This document shows positions 17,282 through 26,319 of a stretch of DNA of 40,004 nt, piece by piece. The stretch lies in assembly GCA_046758365.1 (NCBI GenBank), contig JBHIAC010000012.1, positions 1-40,004 of the forward strand, in the 5' to 3' direction. A program made the translations under genes and the position numbers. Every line of letters starts with the position of its first letter. Position 1 is the stretch's first letter. The stretch is from a bacterium. GTDB taxonomy: Bacteria; Zhuqueibacterota; Zhuqueibacteria; Oceanimicrobiales; Oceanimicrobiaceae. The notes below the pieces were generated by a model. The model ran no database searches. It was not told the origin of the DNA and was given only the letters and a program-made list of their open reading frames with translations.

Positions 17282-19900
17282 ATGATTATTAAATCGCTTT
17301 TAATGGGTTTAACTTTTTTAGTTTTTACGACCGGGGGATTTTCATTTGAATATAATGAACTATCTGAAACCGTGTCGATACAGGGAAGAATAATACACGT
17401 CCCAGTTTCCTCGATGAGGGAAAATGAGAAACTGGTGGTAGAAGCGAGAGTGGATGGCAACCAGGAGCCTGTGGTATTCATACGTCTTTATTTCAAATCA
17501 AAAGGAGATCAATCATTTGATTACATTGAAATGAGAAAGGAAACCTCGGGATATTTTGGTGAACTCGAGCCTTCGAAATTTTCCCCGCCAGAATTAGAAT
17601 ATTTCATTTTAGCCCTGTTATCGGATCAAACAGTTATTACTTATCCTGAATGGAATCCTTATGGAAATCCAATTGTGGTTTCTATCGCTTCACAAATGGC
17701 TCCTGTTCCTGAACCCGATTCGGTCAAACCTGATGTTTCTGAAGTTGTTCCACTAGAATCTGCTCCGGAAAAAATCTCACCAAGTCTTCCGGAAGATGAA
17801 TATTTGAGTGATGAATCGCCTGTATTAATCCTAAGTCCCGAAGAAGGAGAAAAATTTAACGTTGGTGAAGAAGTGGTTATTGCCGCATCGTTTATAACAG
17901 ATGAAAACACAATTGATATTAATAGTATAAACCTGTTTGTCGATGATTCCAACGTTACTATTGAAGCTGAAATAAGCGAAAATTTACTCACTTACTCAAC
18001 TTCGGTTTTAGAGCCGGGTAATCATCAAATATTAATTCAGGGATATTATACATCGGGTGTAGAGTTGTCTCCTACGATTTGGTCTTTTACTATCGTAGGA
18101 AAACAAAAAAGAGCATCTTCTGAATCCATCGTACGGGGAAGAGTCTTTGCTGAGACCCGTCAGGAGAATATTAGCACCAAGGGATTTGATGACAACATTA
18201 TAGGAGGCAGTTTTTATGGTAAGTATGGTATAACGAAGTTTGATGCCAGACTATATTTAACCTCTCGAGAAAGTAAAAGATTTCAACCTAGAAACCGCTA
18301 TTCGATAAATATTGAGCTGCCTGTTCTTGGAGTTACTTTTGGTGATACATATCCGCGATTTAATGACCTGATGCTGTGGGGGAAAAGAGTGCGGGGAATT
18401 TACGGAAGGTTACACTTGGGATTTTTTAATGTGGATGTCGTGCACGGTGAAACCATCCGCCAGGTAGCTGCAGAACGAGAGATAGTTATTAATCCGACAA
18501 CCAATACTCCTTTCGAGAATATAGCAGGTGAAGACTCAACCGTCCTGGTACCCACGGGCATCCATCGTCAGAGATTGTTTGGCATACGTCAAAGTTTCGG
18601 AAGCGGTAAAAATTTTCAGTTGGGATTTAATTTTTTAAAAGTAAGAGATGATACAACATCATTAGCATCTGGAGAGTCAAGCCAGTCTCCTCAAGATAAT
18701 TTGGTAATTGGTTCGGATTTGCTCATCGCTTTCGACCATCACCGATTTGAGTTAAGAGGGGGAGCGGCATTAAGTTTTCTCACCAAAGATATTTCAAACG
18801 GCCCATTAAATAAGACAAAGATTGAGGAGCAATTTGGGGTAAATTTACCTTTCGATCCAGAAGATTTTAAAGATTTTTTAATTATAAATACCAGCACTGT
18901 ACCGCTGGACCCGCGAGACCTTTCTTCTCTTGCCTGGAATTTCAACTTCAAATTTGATTATTTTAACAACAATTTTCAATTTGGATATAAATCCATTGGT
19001 TCGCAATATAATTCTTTAGGAAATACCTTTTTGCGAACTGATCTTCAGGGGTTTTTTGTTCGGGATCGATTCAGGTTATATAAAAACAAAATCTATTTAA
19101 ATTTCGGCTTTGAAAATTATGATGATAATTTCTCAAAGGACAATGAAAATCCAATAACCAAATTAAAAACATTTAATTACGGCTTTTCAATTTATCCAGG
19201 GCCTGGATTGCCTAATTTAAATTTCAATTTAAGAAATCATGATCGAAATAATAATAAGACAACACTGGATAGTTTGTTTACTACGAATCAATTTAATCCA
19301 ACAGGTCAGGATACCACGTTAATTGATAACCGTGAGAAAAATACTACCAGAGATTGGTCTGTGCAAGTCAATTATGATGTAAATCTCTTACAACTGAACC
19401 ATTCGATTACATTGAGTTATATCACCTCAGATCGAGATGACCGTTTTCGAAGTAATTTGTCTAATGTGGCATCGAATATACAATTGTTTACCGTCAGAAC
19501 CGAGTACCAATTTCCACTCACCACGACTTTTAGTTTTGCCAGAAATGACAACAAATTTGCTGCTGGATCAAATACATTTAATTTCAAGATGCTGGGAGCT
19601 AAAGCTGAATATTTTCTATTCAATCGTAGGCTTAAAACATATTTTAGCACTAATTTTACTACCGCTTCAGGAACCACGGCCATAAGTGATTCCACACAAT
19701 CTGTTACGGATTACAAACGGACCGCATTTAATATAGGCGCGAGTTTTGAAATCGCACCTGGCCATAGTATTTTAGTGGATGGCCATATTATCCGATTTAA
19801 TAATAACGGTGGTACTCTCAATACAAACACAAAGGTCCTGTCCCTTGAGCCATCGTTTACTGATAGGATTCTTCGTATTTATTATGAAAAGAGATTCTAG
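17282..19900 (+). CDS. Large outer-membrane beta-barrel protein with N-terminal Ig-like domains and Pro-rich linker
   Basis: Signal peptide, LEYFI Ig-like domain, PVPEPDSVKP linker, ILSPEEGE Ig domain, then many amphipathic strands (FGDTYPRFNDLMLWGKRVRG). C-terminal IYYEKRF fits the BAM motif. Confidence 0.75.
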   Translation: MIIKSLLMGLTFLVFTTGGFSFEYNELSETVSIQGRIIHVPVSSMRENEKLVVEARVDGNQEPVVFIRLYFKSKGDQSFDYIEMRKETSGYFGELEPSKFSPPELEYFILALLSDQTVITYPEWNPYGNPIVVSIASQMAPVPEPDSVKPDVSEVVPLESAPEKISPSLPEDEYLSDESPVLILSPEEGEKFNVGEEVVIAASFITDENTIDINSINLFVDDSNVTIEAEISENLLTYSTSVLEPGNHQILIQGYYTSGVELSPTIWSFTIVGKQKRASSESIVRGRVFAETRQENISTKGFDDNIIGGSFYGKYGITKFDARLYLTSRESKRFQPRNRYSINIELPVLGVTFGDTYPRFNDLMLWGKRVRGIYGRLHLGFFNVDVVHGETIRQVAAEREIVINPTTNTPFENIAGEDSTVLVPTGIHRQRLFGIRQSFGSGKNFQLGFNFLKVRDDTTSLASGESSQSPQDNLVIGSDLLIAFDHHRFELRGGAALSFLTKDISNGPLNKTKIEEQFGVNLPFDPEDFKDFLIINTSTVPLDPRDLSSLAWNFNFKFDYFNNNFQFGYKSIGSQYNSLGNTFLRTDLQGFFVRDRFRLYKNKIYLNFGFENYDDNFSKDNENPITKLKTFNYGFSIYPGPGLPNLNFNLRNHDRNNNKTTLDSLFTTNQFNPTGQDTTLIDNREKNTTRDWSVQVNYDVNLLQLNHSITLSYITSDRDDRFRSNLSNVASNIQLFTVRTEYQFPLTTTFSFARNDNKFAAGSNTFNFKMLGAKAEYFLFNRRLKTYFSTNFTTASGTTAISDSTQSVTDYKRTAFNIGASFEIAPGHSILVDGHIIRFNNNGGTLNTNTKVLSLEPSFTDRILRIYYEKRF

Positions 19901-19924
19901 AACTTTTCGATTGCGGAGTAGTTT

Positions 19925-19962
19925 AAAGAGGCAGTGGATGTTATTCTCCTGCCTCTTTTTTT
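19925..19962 (+). terminator. Terminator-like hairpin between barrel and cyclase genes
   Basis: AAAGAGGCAG (19925-19934) / CTGCCTCTTT (19949-19958) with the T run continuing to 19962. Confidence 0.6.
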
Positions 19963-19973
19963 GTGTAAATTAA

Positions 19974-22106
19974 GTGAGGATCACAGTGCTTAACCTAGTT
20001 AAACTTTGGCATCTTAAGTGGTTATTTGGCGCTTTTATCGCTTTATTTTCGGCAATACTTGCCCTTATTCTCTCTAATTTATCGCAATTCGAATCTTTTG
20101 AATTAAAGACCTACGATGCCAGGTTCAGTCTGCGGGGACAAATGGATACCCAAGAAGATAACATCTTAGTTGTTGCTATTGATGACCAAAGCTTCGTAGG
20201 ATTAAGAAAGAAATGGCCTTTTCCAAGATCTCTTTTTGCTAAAGCTATTTTAAATCTCTTCGAAGCCGGCGCTAAGCTGATTATTCTGGATATTGAGTTT
20301 ACTGAACCAGATCAAGATAGACGTCAGGATCTGGTGCTTGCTGGAGCCATAAAAAGAGCCGGCAACGTGATTTTATCGGGAAAGTTAGTGACTGAATTTG
20401 CCTCTAATGGCATTGTTAATACCTACCCTTTACCCCCCATTAGTATTCTTTTAGATGCTGGTGCAGCATGGGGCTTTATCAATATAGATGAAGATCCAGA
20501 CGGTTTTATTCGGCGTTATTTGCTTTTCCAAAAGCGTCCTGATACCATTTATTACCCATTGAGTATTCAAGCTTTTTTGAATTTACAGTCCAGTAAGAGA
20601 GCCAGAAAAAAAGTAATTATCGAGAATGACGGATATTTTTTACTTGGAAATCGCCGAGTCCCTAAAAAAGATTTTAATTCAATGCTTGTTAATTTTCGAG
20701 GCCCAGCAAAATCTTACACCACTTATTCCTTTTCATCAATTCTCGACGATGCAGATTTTGATTTGTATGGGGATGAAGATACAGATATTTTCGAACTACA
20801 TAAATTGGAAGAAACATTCAAAGATAAAATTGTCTTTATCGGTGCTTCAACTGAAGAGCTTCAAGACACTAAGTTTACTCCTTTTTTTAAATATAAAGGG
20901 AAACAACGTAAATTACCTGGTGTTGAATTACACGCTAATGCTTTAAGCACTTTACTTAGAGGAGATTTTATTGTACCTCAGAAATCTATCATGGTTGTAC
21001 TCATGGTTTTTGTATTGTCCTTATTGACTATGGTAATTACAAAATGGCTAAAACCGTTTAGAGGCATGTTTGCTGTCATGGGCATCATTTTAGCCTATAT
21101 AATTTGGGGCTTTTATTCTTTTATTCATAATTTGGTCTGGGTTCAAATTACAGCCCCCGCTACTGCCATAATATTAAGTTACGTTGGAAATGTTGTACAC
21201 CAAGCTCTAACCGAACAAAGAGAAAGAATCAGAATTAAAAAAACCTGGCAGCATTTTATGGCTAAAAGTGTAATTGATAACATGTTGGATTCTGGTGAAA
21301 TGCCAACCTTTGGGGGGGAACGTCGAGAATTAACGGTGCTTTTTTCTGACATACGAAGTTTTACATCATTCACGGAGCAGCATTCTTCTCAAGTCGTTGT
21401 TCATAGTTTAAATGAATATTTATCTGACATGGTGGATGTTATCTTTGAGAATGAAGGGACACTGGATAAATTTGTGGGAGATGAAATCATGGCTATTTAT
21501 GGTGCCCCCCACTATTATAAAAACCATGCAGAAAAGGCCTGTATAACAGCTTTAGAAATGGTTGGCAGATTACGTAATTTACAAAAAAAATGGTCACAAA
21601 ATAATCAAAACTTTTTTCAGATTGGTATTGGCATCAACTCTGGTAAAATGATTGTGGGTAATTTAGGATCATCCCAGCTATTTGATTACACGGTTATTGG
21701 GGATGAGGTTAATTTGGGAGCTCGTCTGGAAGGCGCCAATAAGCAGTACGGTACTACCATTATAATTAGTGAATTTACTTACAAAGCGGTTAAAAGAAAA
21801 GCCATTGTAAGAGAATTAGATCTGGTTCGAGTTAAGGGGAAAAAGAAACCGGTTAGAATCTATGAACTGCGTGGAATGGGAGCTATTCCTTCCATTGAAC
21901 AGGATCTTATTGTTGATGTTTACACACAGGCTCTAAAGTATTATAAAGAACGTAGATGGTATCAAGCATTAACCGAATTTAAACGGATATTTCGATATTT
22001 TCCTACCGATGGACCATCCCGTGTTTATGTGAAACGCTGCCTCGATTTTATTGAACAACCACCTCCAGAAAGCTGGGATGGCGTTTATGAATTTACTACA
22101 AAATAA
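19974..22106 (+). CDS. CHASE2-domain class III adenylate cyclase
   Basis: CHASE2 (VVAIDDQS, WPFPRS, DPDGFIRR, PGVELHA), 3 TM helices, cyclase LFSDIRSFT, DKFVGD, DYTVIGDEVNLGARLEG with Lys/Asp ATP-specificity residues, C-terminal helical WDGV tail. Confidence 0.93.
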   Translation: MRITVLNLVKLWHLKWLFGAFIALFSAILALILSNLSQFESFELKTYDARFSLRGQMDTQEDNILVVAIDDQSFVGLRKKWPFPRSLFAKAILNLFEAGAKLIILDIEFTEPDQDRRQDLVLAGAIKRAGNVILSGKLVTEFASNGIVNTYPLPPISILLDAGAAWGFINIDEDPDGFIRRYLLFQKRPDTIYYPLSIQAFLNLQSSKRARKKVIIENDGYFLLGNRRVPKKDFNSMLVNFRGPAKSYTTYSFSSILDDADFDLYGDEDTDIFELHKLEETFKDKIVFIGASTEELQDTKFTPFFKYKGKQRKLPGVELHANALSTLLRGDFIVPQKSIMVVLMVFVLSLLTMVITKWLKPFRGMFAVMGIILAYIIWGFYSFIHNLVWVQITAPATAIILSYVGNVVHQALTEQRERIRIKKTWQHFMAKSVIDNMLDSGEMPTFGGERRELTVLFSDIRSFTSFTEQHSSQVVVHSLNEYLSDMVDVIFENEGTLDKFVGDEIMAIYGAPHYYKNHAEKACITALEMVGRLRNLQKKWSQNNQNFFQIGIGINSGKMIVGNLGSSQLFDYTVIGDEVNLGARLEGANKQYGTTIIISEFTYKAVKRKAIVRELDLVRVKGKKKPVRIYELRGMGAIPSIEQDLIVDVYTQALKYYKERRWYQALTEFKRIFRYFPTDGPSRVYVKRCLDFIEQPPPESWDGVYEFTTK

Positions 22107-22122
22107 TCCCCAACCTTAAAGC

Positions 22123-22151
22123 TTGACAATAATCTATTTTTGTCGTATATT
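22123..22151 (+). promoter_or_regulatory. Sigma70-type promoter of prfB
   Basis: TTGACA (22123-22128), 17 bp, TATATT (22146-22151). Confidence 0.75.
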
Positions 22152-22208
22152 TTTATCAGAAATTTCGATGATAGTTTTCATGTAAATTAGGTTTAGGAGA
22201 AGAGAGTA

Positions 22209-23343
22209 ATGTTTGTTGAGTTGAAAGAAAAATTAAATAGTTTAAGTAAAAGACTCATAAACTTAAAGGTGTGTCTTTGACATTTCTAAAAGGGAAAAGG
22301 CTATTGCCGAATTAGAGAAAAAAACCACTGAACCTGGTTTTTGGGATGACTCCGAAAGTGCTCAAAAAATAATGCAGGAGATGAGTTACTACCGGGAGCC
22401 AGTTGAACAATATAAAGAACTCCAGACGAAACAAGAAGATTTAGAAGTTTTATTAGACCTGGCAAAGGAAGAAGAAGACTCTGAGACCTTTAAGGAAGTC
22501 GAACAGGGGCTGCAGCAATTAGAACAAAAAATTGAAGAATTAGAATTTCAAAATATGCTGGGGGATAAAGACGCCGCTAAAAATGCTTTATTAACCATTC
22601 ACCCTGGTGCAGGAGGTACGGAATCTCAAGACTGGGCCCAAATGCTCCTGCGCATGTACATTCGATGGATTGAGGAAAAGGGATTTGCTTACGATATATT
22701 AGACTTACAGACTGGAGAAGAGGCGGGAATAAAAAGTGTCACCGTAGAAATCCTGGGGAAATATGCTTACGGGTATTTAAAAGCCGAGGCCGGGGTACAT
22801 CGACTGGTCAGAATATCTCCTTTCGATGCTAATCGACGTCGACATACCTCCTTTGCTTCAGTCTTTGTTTATCCAGAAGTCGAAGATACGATAGAAGTGA
22901 AAATCGATCAAAATGACTTAAGAATTGATACATATCGTGCTAGTGGTGCTGGTGGTCAGCATGTAAACAAAACAAGTTCAGCGGTGCGAATTACCCACAT
23001 TCCGACTGGAATTGTGGTTCAGTGCCAAAGTGAGCGATCCCAACATCGAAATAAAGAGAGTGCCATGAAAATTCTTTTGTCAAAACTTTATCAGAAAAGG
23101 AAAGACGAAGAGGAAGAAAAGCTTTCGAAGATAGAGAAAAGTAAAAAGGATATTGCCTGGGGCAGTCAGATTCGTTCCTATGTTTTTCATCCTTATAATT
23201 TGGTAAAAGATCACCGGACTGGAGTAGAGACCAGTAACATTCATCGTGTCATGGATGGAAATTTGGATGAATTTATTCATGCTTTTTTGATGACGAAAAA
23301 TGAAAAAGCAGGCAAGCCGATCGAATCAGAAAATTCTAATTAG
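22209..23343 (+). CDS. prfB: Peptide chain release factor 2, with programmed +1 frameshift
   Basis: ATG 22209 opens 23 codons to CTT-TGA-C (22275-22281). The +1 frame continues DISKREK...FWDD into the annotated ORF with SPF and GGQ motifs. Predicted 377 aa. Confidence 0.97.
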
Positions 23344-23375
23344 AGAATGATTGTGGCCCCACGTGGGAGGAATCA

Positions 23376-24500
23376 TTGTCCTCAACCAGTAGTAGACCCA
23401 GTTTCGTTGAAATTAATTTAGCAGCCATTACCCATAATTTAAATGAAATAAAGAAAAAGGTGGCTCCTGCAAAAATAATGGCGATTGTTAAAGCCGATGC
23501 TTACGGTCATGGTTTAAAAGAAGTAACTAAAATTGCCATAGAAAATGGGGCTGCTTATTTGGGTGTGGCTCGTTTAGAAGAAGGAATCATTTTACGAGAA
23601 TACAATTTTAAGGCACCAATTTTAGTTTTAGGTGGGTTCTTTGAAAATCAAATTGAAGAGTTTTTAAATTTTGATTTGGAATTGACGCTCTATGATATTT
23701 GCCTAGCGAAAGCTCTTTCTATTAAAGCAAAAGAATTTGGAAAAATAGTTAATGTTCACGTTAAAGTTGATACAGGCATGGGGCGATTAGGGATAGCTTG
23801 GAAAAGAGCTGATGATTTCGTACAAAAGGTTTTGGAATTAAATCATCTGCAAATTGTAAGTATTTATACTCATTTTGCTAATTCAGATGAAAAAGATAAA
23901 TCTTTCGCTATGACCCAGCTTAATCGATTTGGACATGTGTTAACAAACTTAGATGAGAAGAATATAAGAATTCCTATAAAGCATGCAGCTAACAGCGGCG
24001 CTATTTTAGATTTACCAAATTCTTATTTTGATATGGTTCGGGCCGGAGTTATAATGTACGGTTATTATCCCTCTTTAGAAACTTCAGAAAGTATGGCAAT
24101 TAAGCCTTCCATGTCCATAAAGTCTCGGGTGATTTATTCTAAAGAAGTTGAAGAGGGAACCTCCATTAGTTATGGTCAAACATTTAAAACGAAAAGGAGA
24201 ACAAAAATTGCCACAGTTCCTATTGGATATGGCGATGGTTTCAATCGACTACTTTCAAATCAAGGAGAAGTGCTCATTCAAGGACAAAGATTCCCGGTGG
24301 TGGGCCGGGTTACGATGGACCATATTATGGTAGATGTTGGTCCTGAAAGCGATGTAAAGAACGGGGAAGAGGTAGTTTTGCTTGGTCGGCAGGGTAAGGA
24401 AGAAATTACTATTTATGAAATTTGTGAAAAATTAGACACGATCCCCTACGAAGTTACTTGTTGGGTATCTAAAAGGATCCCGAAAATTTATAAAAATTAA
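23376..24500 (+). CDS. alr: Alanine racemase
   Basis: AIVKADAYGHG PLP-lysine motif, KVDTGMGRLG, ISYG, GYGDG, GRVTMD, TIPYE. TTG start after GGAGG. Confidence 0.96.
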   Translation: MSSTSSRPSFVEINLAAITHNLNEIKKKVAPAKIMAIVKADAYGHGLKEVTKIAIENGAAYLGVARLEEGIILREYNFKAPILVLGGFFENQIEEFLNFDLELTLYDICLAKALSIKAKEFGKIVNVHVKVDTGMGRLGIAWKRADDFVQKVLELNHLQIVSIYTHFANSDEKDKSFAMTQLNRFGHVLTNLDEKNIRIPIKHAANSGAILDLPNSYFDMVRAGVIMYGYYPSLETSESMAIKPSMSIKSRVIYSKEVEEGTSISYGQTFKTKRRTKIATVPIGYGDGFNRLLSNQGEVLIQGQRFPVVGRVTMDHIMVDVGPESDVKNGEEVVLLGRQGKEEITIYEICEKLDTIPYEVTCWVSKRIPKIYKN

Positions 24501-24511
24501 AAACTGTTTTG

Positions 24512-24700
24512 ATGCACGGTGAAAAAGTTATGAAAAAAGATTACAAAGATATATCAGATAACATGTTTTTAGCAGCAGCGTTGGAAGGGCATGCAGATTT
24601 TATTATAACTTTAGACAAGGGTCTATTGAATTGAAAGAACTTTCATGGCATTCAAATTATTACTCCAAAAGAATTTTTAGATATTCTTAAAAGTATCTAA
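24512..24700 (+). pseudogene. PIN-domain toxin remnant (C-terminal half, internal stop)
   Basis: Reads KDISDNMFLAAALEGHADFIITLDKGLLN*KNFHGIQIITPKEFLDILKSI* with in-frame TGA at 24632-24634. Matches the D..D..FL..A..G.AD.I.T.D..LL...GI.I.TP.EFL pattern of PIN_3-type proteins. Confidence 0.8.
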
Positions 24701-24778
24701 GACGCTGACCTTTTTTCAAAAGGTTAGTGTCTTTCTAAACTGAACAAACGCTAACCTTACTTAAAGAAGGTCAGCGTT
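24700..24778. repeat. Inverted pair of REP-like hairpins upstream of lysS
   Basis: AGACGCTGACCTTTT-TTC-AAAAGGTTAGTGTCT and AACGCTAACCTT-N8-AAGGTCAGCGTT. The second is a reverse-complement variant of the first. Confidence 0.75.
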
Positions 24779-24795
24779 ACCTAAGAGAACAGAGC

Positions 24796-26316
24796 ATGCA
24801 CGATAATAAAGAAAATATACAAGCAGAAGATTTAAATGAAGTAATGCGGGTTCGTCAGCAGAAACTGCAACGCTTACAGGAGCTCGGAGTAAATCCTTAC
24901 CCATATAAATTTATTCGGACCGATTATTCAAAGAATATTCGGAATAAGCCGAATAGTTATTTAGGGAAAAAGGTTTCCTTAGCCGGTCGGCTTATGTCCA
25001 TTCGAGGACACGGGAAAGTGGCTTTCGCTCATGTGATGGATTCTAAAGGGAAAATTCAAATTTATGTTCGACAGGATGAAATTGGTGAAGCAAATTACGA
25101 GCTCTTTAAGCTCTTAGATATTGGCGACATTATTGGTGTTACCGGGGAAGTATTTGTTACCCGTAGCGGTGAAACAACCATCAAGGTTTCACAACTTGAG
25201 CTTTTGTCCAAAACTCTGCGTCCACTACCCATTGTAAAAGAAAAAATCCAGGGGGATGAAAGAATAGTTTACGACCAGTTTGCAGATAAAGAACTGCGAT
25301 ACCGACAGCGGTATGTAGATTTGATAGTGAATCCAGAGGTCAGAAATGTGTTTGTCACCAGATCCAAAATCATTACCGCTATGCGAAATTATTTGGATAA
25401 ACAAGGATTCCTTGAAGTTGAGACCCCGGTGCTGCAGCCCATTTATGGAGGTGCCTCAGCCCGACCCTTTGAAACTCACCATAATGCTTTGGATATGAAC
25501 CTGTATTTGCGGATTGCAGATGAATTGTACCTAAAACGGCTCATTGTGGGTGGCTACGATGGTGTCTACGAAATTTCAAAAGACTTTCGAAACGAAGGTA
25601 TGGATCGCTTTCACAATCCAGAATTTACCATGATGGAGCTTTATGTTGCTTATCAAGATTACATTTATATGATGGAACTTGTGGAGCAGATGATTAGTAC
25701 TTTAGCTGTTGAAGTCTTTGGCGAAGCGAAAATTACTTATCAGGGAGAAGAAATTGATTTAACCCCACCTTGGAAACGGGTAAAAATGTTTGACGTAATT
25801 CGTGAATATACGGGTAAAGATTTATATGGTAAAAAGTTAGAAGAATTGCGTAAAGCGGCTAAAGAATTGGATATTAAAATAGAATCTTTTTGGCGCGAAG
25901 GAAAAATAATAGATGAAATATTCAGTGAACTAGTTGAACCTCATTTAGTAAAACCAACGTTTGTGATGGACTATCCCTTGCAGCTTTCACCGCTGGCCAA
26001 ACGACATCGGGAGGATGTGCGGCTGGTTGAAAGGTTTGAACCTTTTATTGGCAGAGGGGAAATCGGCAATGCTTTTTCTGAATTAAATGACCCTGTGGAT
26101 CAAAAAGAGAGATTTTTAGCTCAAAAGGAACTAATTGAATTAGGTGATGAAGAAGCCCAGATTTTAGATGAAGATTTCCTCAGAGCACTTGAATATGGGA
26201 TGCCGCCAACGGCCGGTTTAGGGATCGGGATTGACCGATTAGTTATGTTATTTACCAATCAGCTTTCAATTAGGGATGTGCTATTTTTCCCGCAAATGCG
26301 GCCTGAAGGAATTTAA
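24796..26316 (+). CDS. lysS: Lysine--tRNA ligase (class II)
   Basis: RYRQRYVDL, FLEVETP, GGASARPF, FRNEG, HNPEFTMME, ALEYGMPPTAGLGIGIDRL. Confidence 0.98.
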   Translation: MHDNKENIQAEDLNEVMRVRQQKLQRLQELGVNPYPYKFIRTDYSKNIRNKPNSYLGKKVSLAGRLMSIRGHGKVAFAHVMDSKGKIQIYVRQDEIGEANYELFKLLDIGDIIGVTGEVFVTRSGETTIKVSQLELLSKTLRPLPIVKEKIQGDERIVYDQFADKELRYRQRYVDLIVNPEVRNVFVTRSKIITAMRNYLDKQGFLEVETPVLQPIYGGASARPFETHHNALDMNLYLRIADELYLKRLIVGGYDGVYEISKDFRNEGMDRFHNPEFTMMELYVAYQDYIYMMELVEQMISTLAVEVFGEAKITYQGEEIDLTPPWKRVKMFDVIREYTGKDLYGKKLEELRKAAKELDIKIESFWREGKIIDEIFSELVEPHLVKPTFVMDYPLQLSPLAKRHREDVRLVERFEPFIGRGEIGNAFSELNDPVDQKERFLAQKELIELGDEEAQILDEDFLRALEYGMPPTAGLGIGIDRLVMLFTNQLSIRDVLFFPQMRPEGI

Positions 26317-26319
26317 CAG

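Noticed and set aside
22372..23343. ORF-track prfB start at 22372, or a sequencing-error frameshift
   Set aside because: The canonical CTT-TGA-C site and upstream ATG 22209 with SD and promoter explain it as programmed frameshifting.
24632..24634. In-frame TGA in the PIN fragment as possible selenocysteine or recoded stop
   Set aside because: It falls where PIN homologues usually have Leu, not Cys. The gene also lacks its N-terminal half, and TGA is used as a normal stop elsewhere in the window.
24700..24795. Lysine riboswitch or T-box upstream of lysS
   Set aside because: Too short, with no T-box or L-box consensus. The structure is explained by two inverted copies of one palindrome.
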